Position numbers and translations under genes: made by a program
In this document: piece after piece, positions 63,827 through 64,000 of the stretch
How positions within the stretch are numbered: position 1 is the first letter of the stretch
How the letters are laid out: every line of letters starts with the position of its first letter
Notes under the pieces: model-generated
What the model was told of the DNA's origin: nothing
What the model saw: only the letters and a program-made list of their open reading frames with translations
The model's database searches: none
Source of the DNA: Lingula anatina
Lineage: Eukaryota > Animalia > Brachiopoda
Reading direction: 5' to 3'
DNA length: 64,000 nucleotides
NCBI GenBank assembly: GCA_051362555.1
Contig: CM120640.1
Coordinates: 31,453,967-31,517,966, forward strand

Positions 63827-63894
63827 ATGGCGGCATGGCTGTGGTGTTTCGTCTCCTGGAGTGCAGTTGCGGTAGTAGTAGTGCAAGGTGGAGA
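63827..63894 (+). CDS. Probable first coding exon of a downstream gene with a signal peptide
   Basis: caaaATGGCGGC start context, MAAWLWCFVSWSAVAVVVVQGG and a perfect gtaagt donor at 63895, in a CpG-richer region. Confidence 0.55.
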
Positions 63895-64000
63895 GTAAGT
63901 AGTTTTACTCTATAGTTCACTGATAGTTTGTTTTATGTGGCTCGATATAAACGCATGGAACGCAATGTCCGTGCAATGCAAGTCTGGAGTTGGCTTCAAA

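Overview
AT-rich, intron-containing animal DNA, most likely a marine invertebrate such as a mollusc (inferred only from the repeat families). There are three zones. (1) 1-18.4 kb is a dense mosaic of transposon pieces: BEL/Pao, Gypsy, a spliced HECT-ligase 3' half, DIRS elements, a Harbinger-group (Pangu-like) element with two nested hAT-like elements, and MADF and other transposase scraps. Almost all point the same way (+), antisense to the adjacent gene. (2) A C-factor/CsgA-like short-chain dehydrogenase gene (-) and a 13-coding-exon haspin kinase gene (+) are head-to-head around a shared promoter. A 22-kb haspin intron holds a ~19.7-kb Helentron (OTU protease, HUH Rep, PIF1 helicase, AP-endonuclease; disrupted) that inserted into a non-autonomous copy of its own family. 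Its ~7-kb non-coding leader carries a tandem array of small exon-like segments, each followed by a long hairpin. (3) 54-64 kb contains more Helentron-type repeats, MITEs, a LINE relic and the probable first exon of a signal-peptide gene. All calls were made by eye from the sequence and ORF track; no database searches or folding programs were run.
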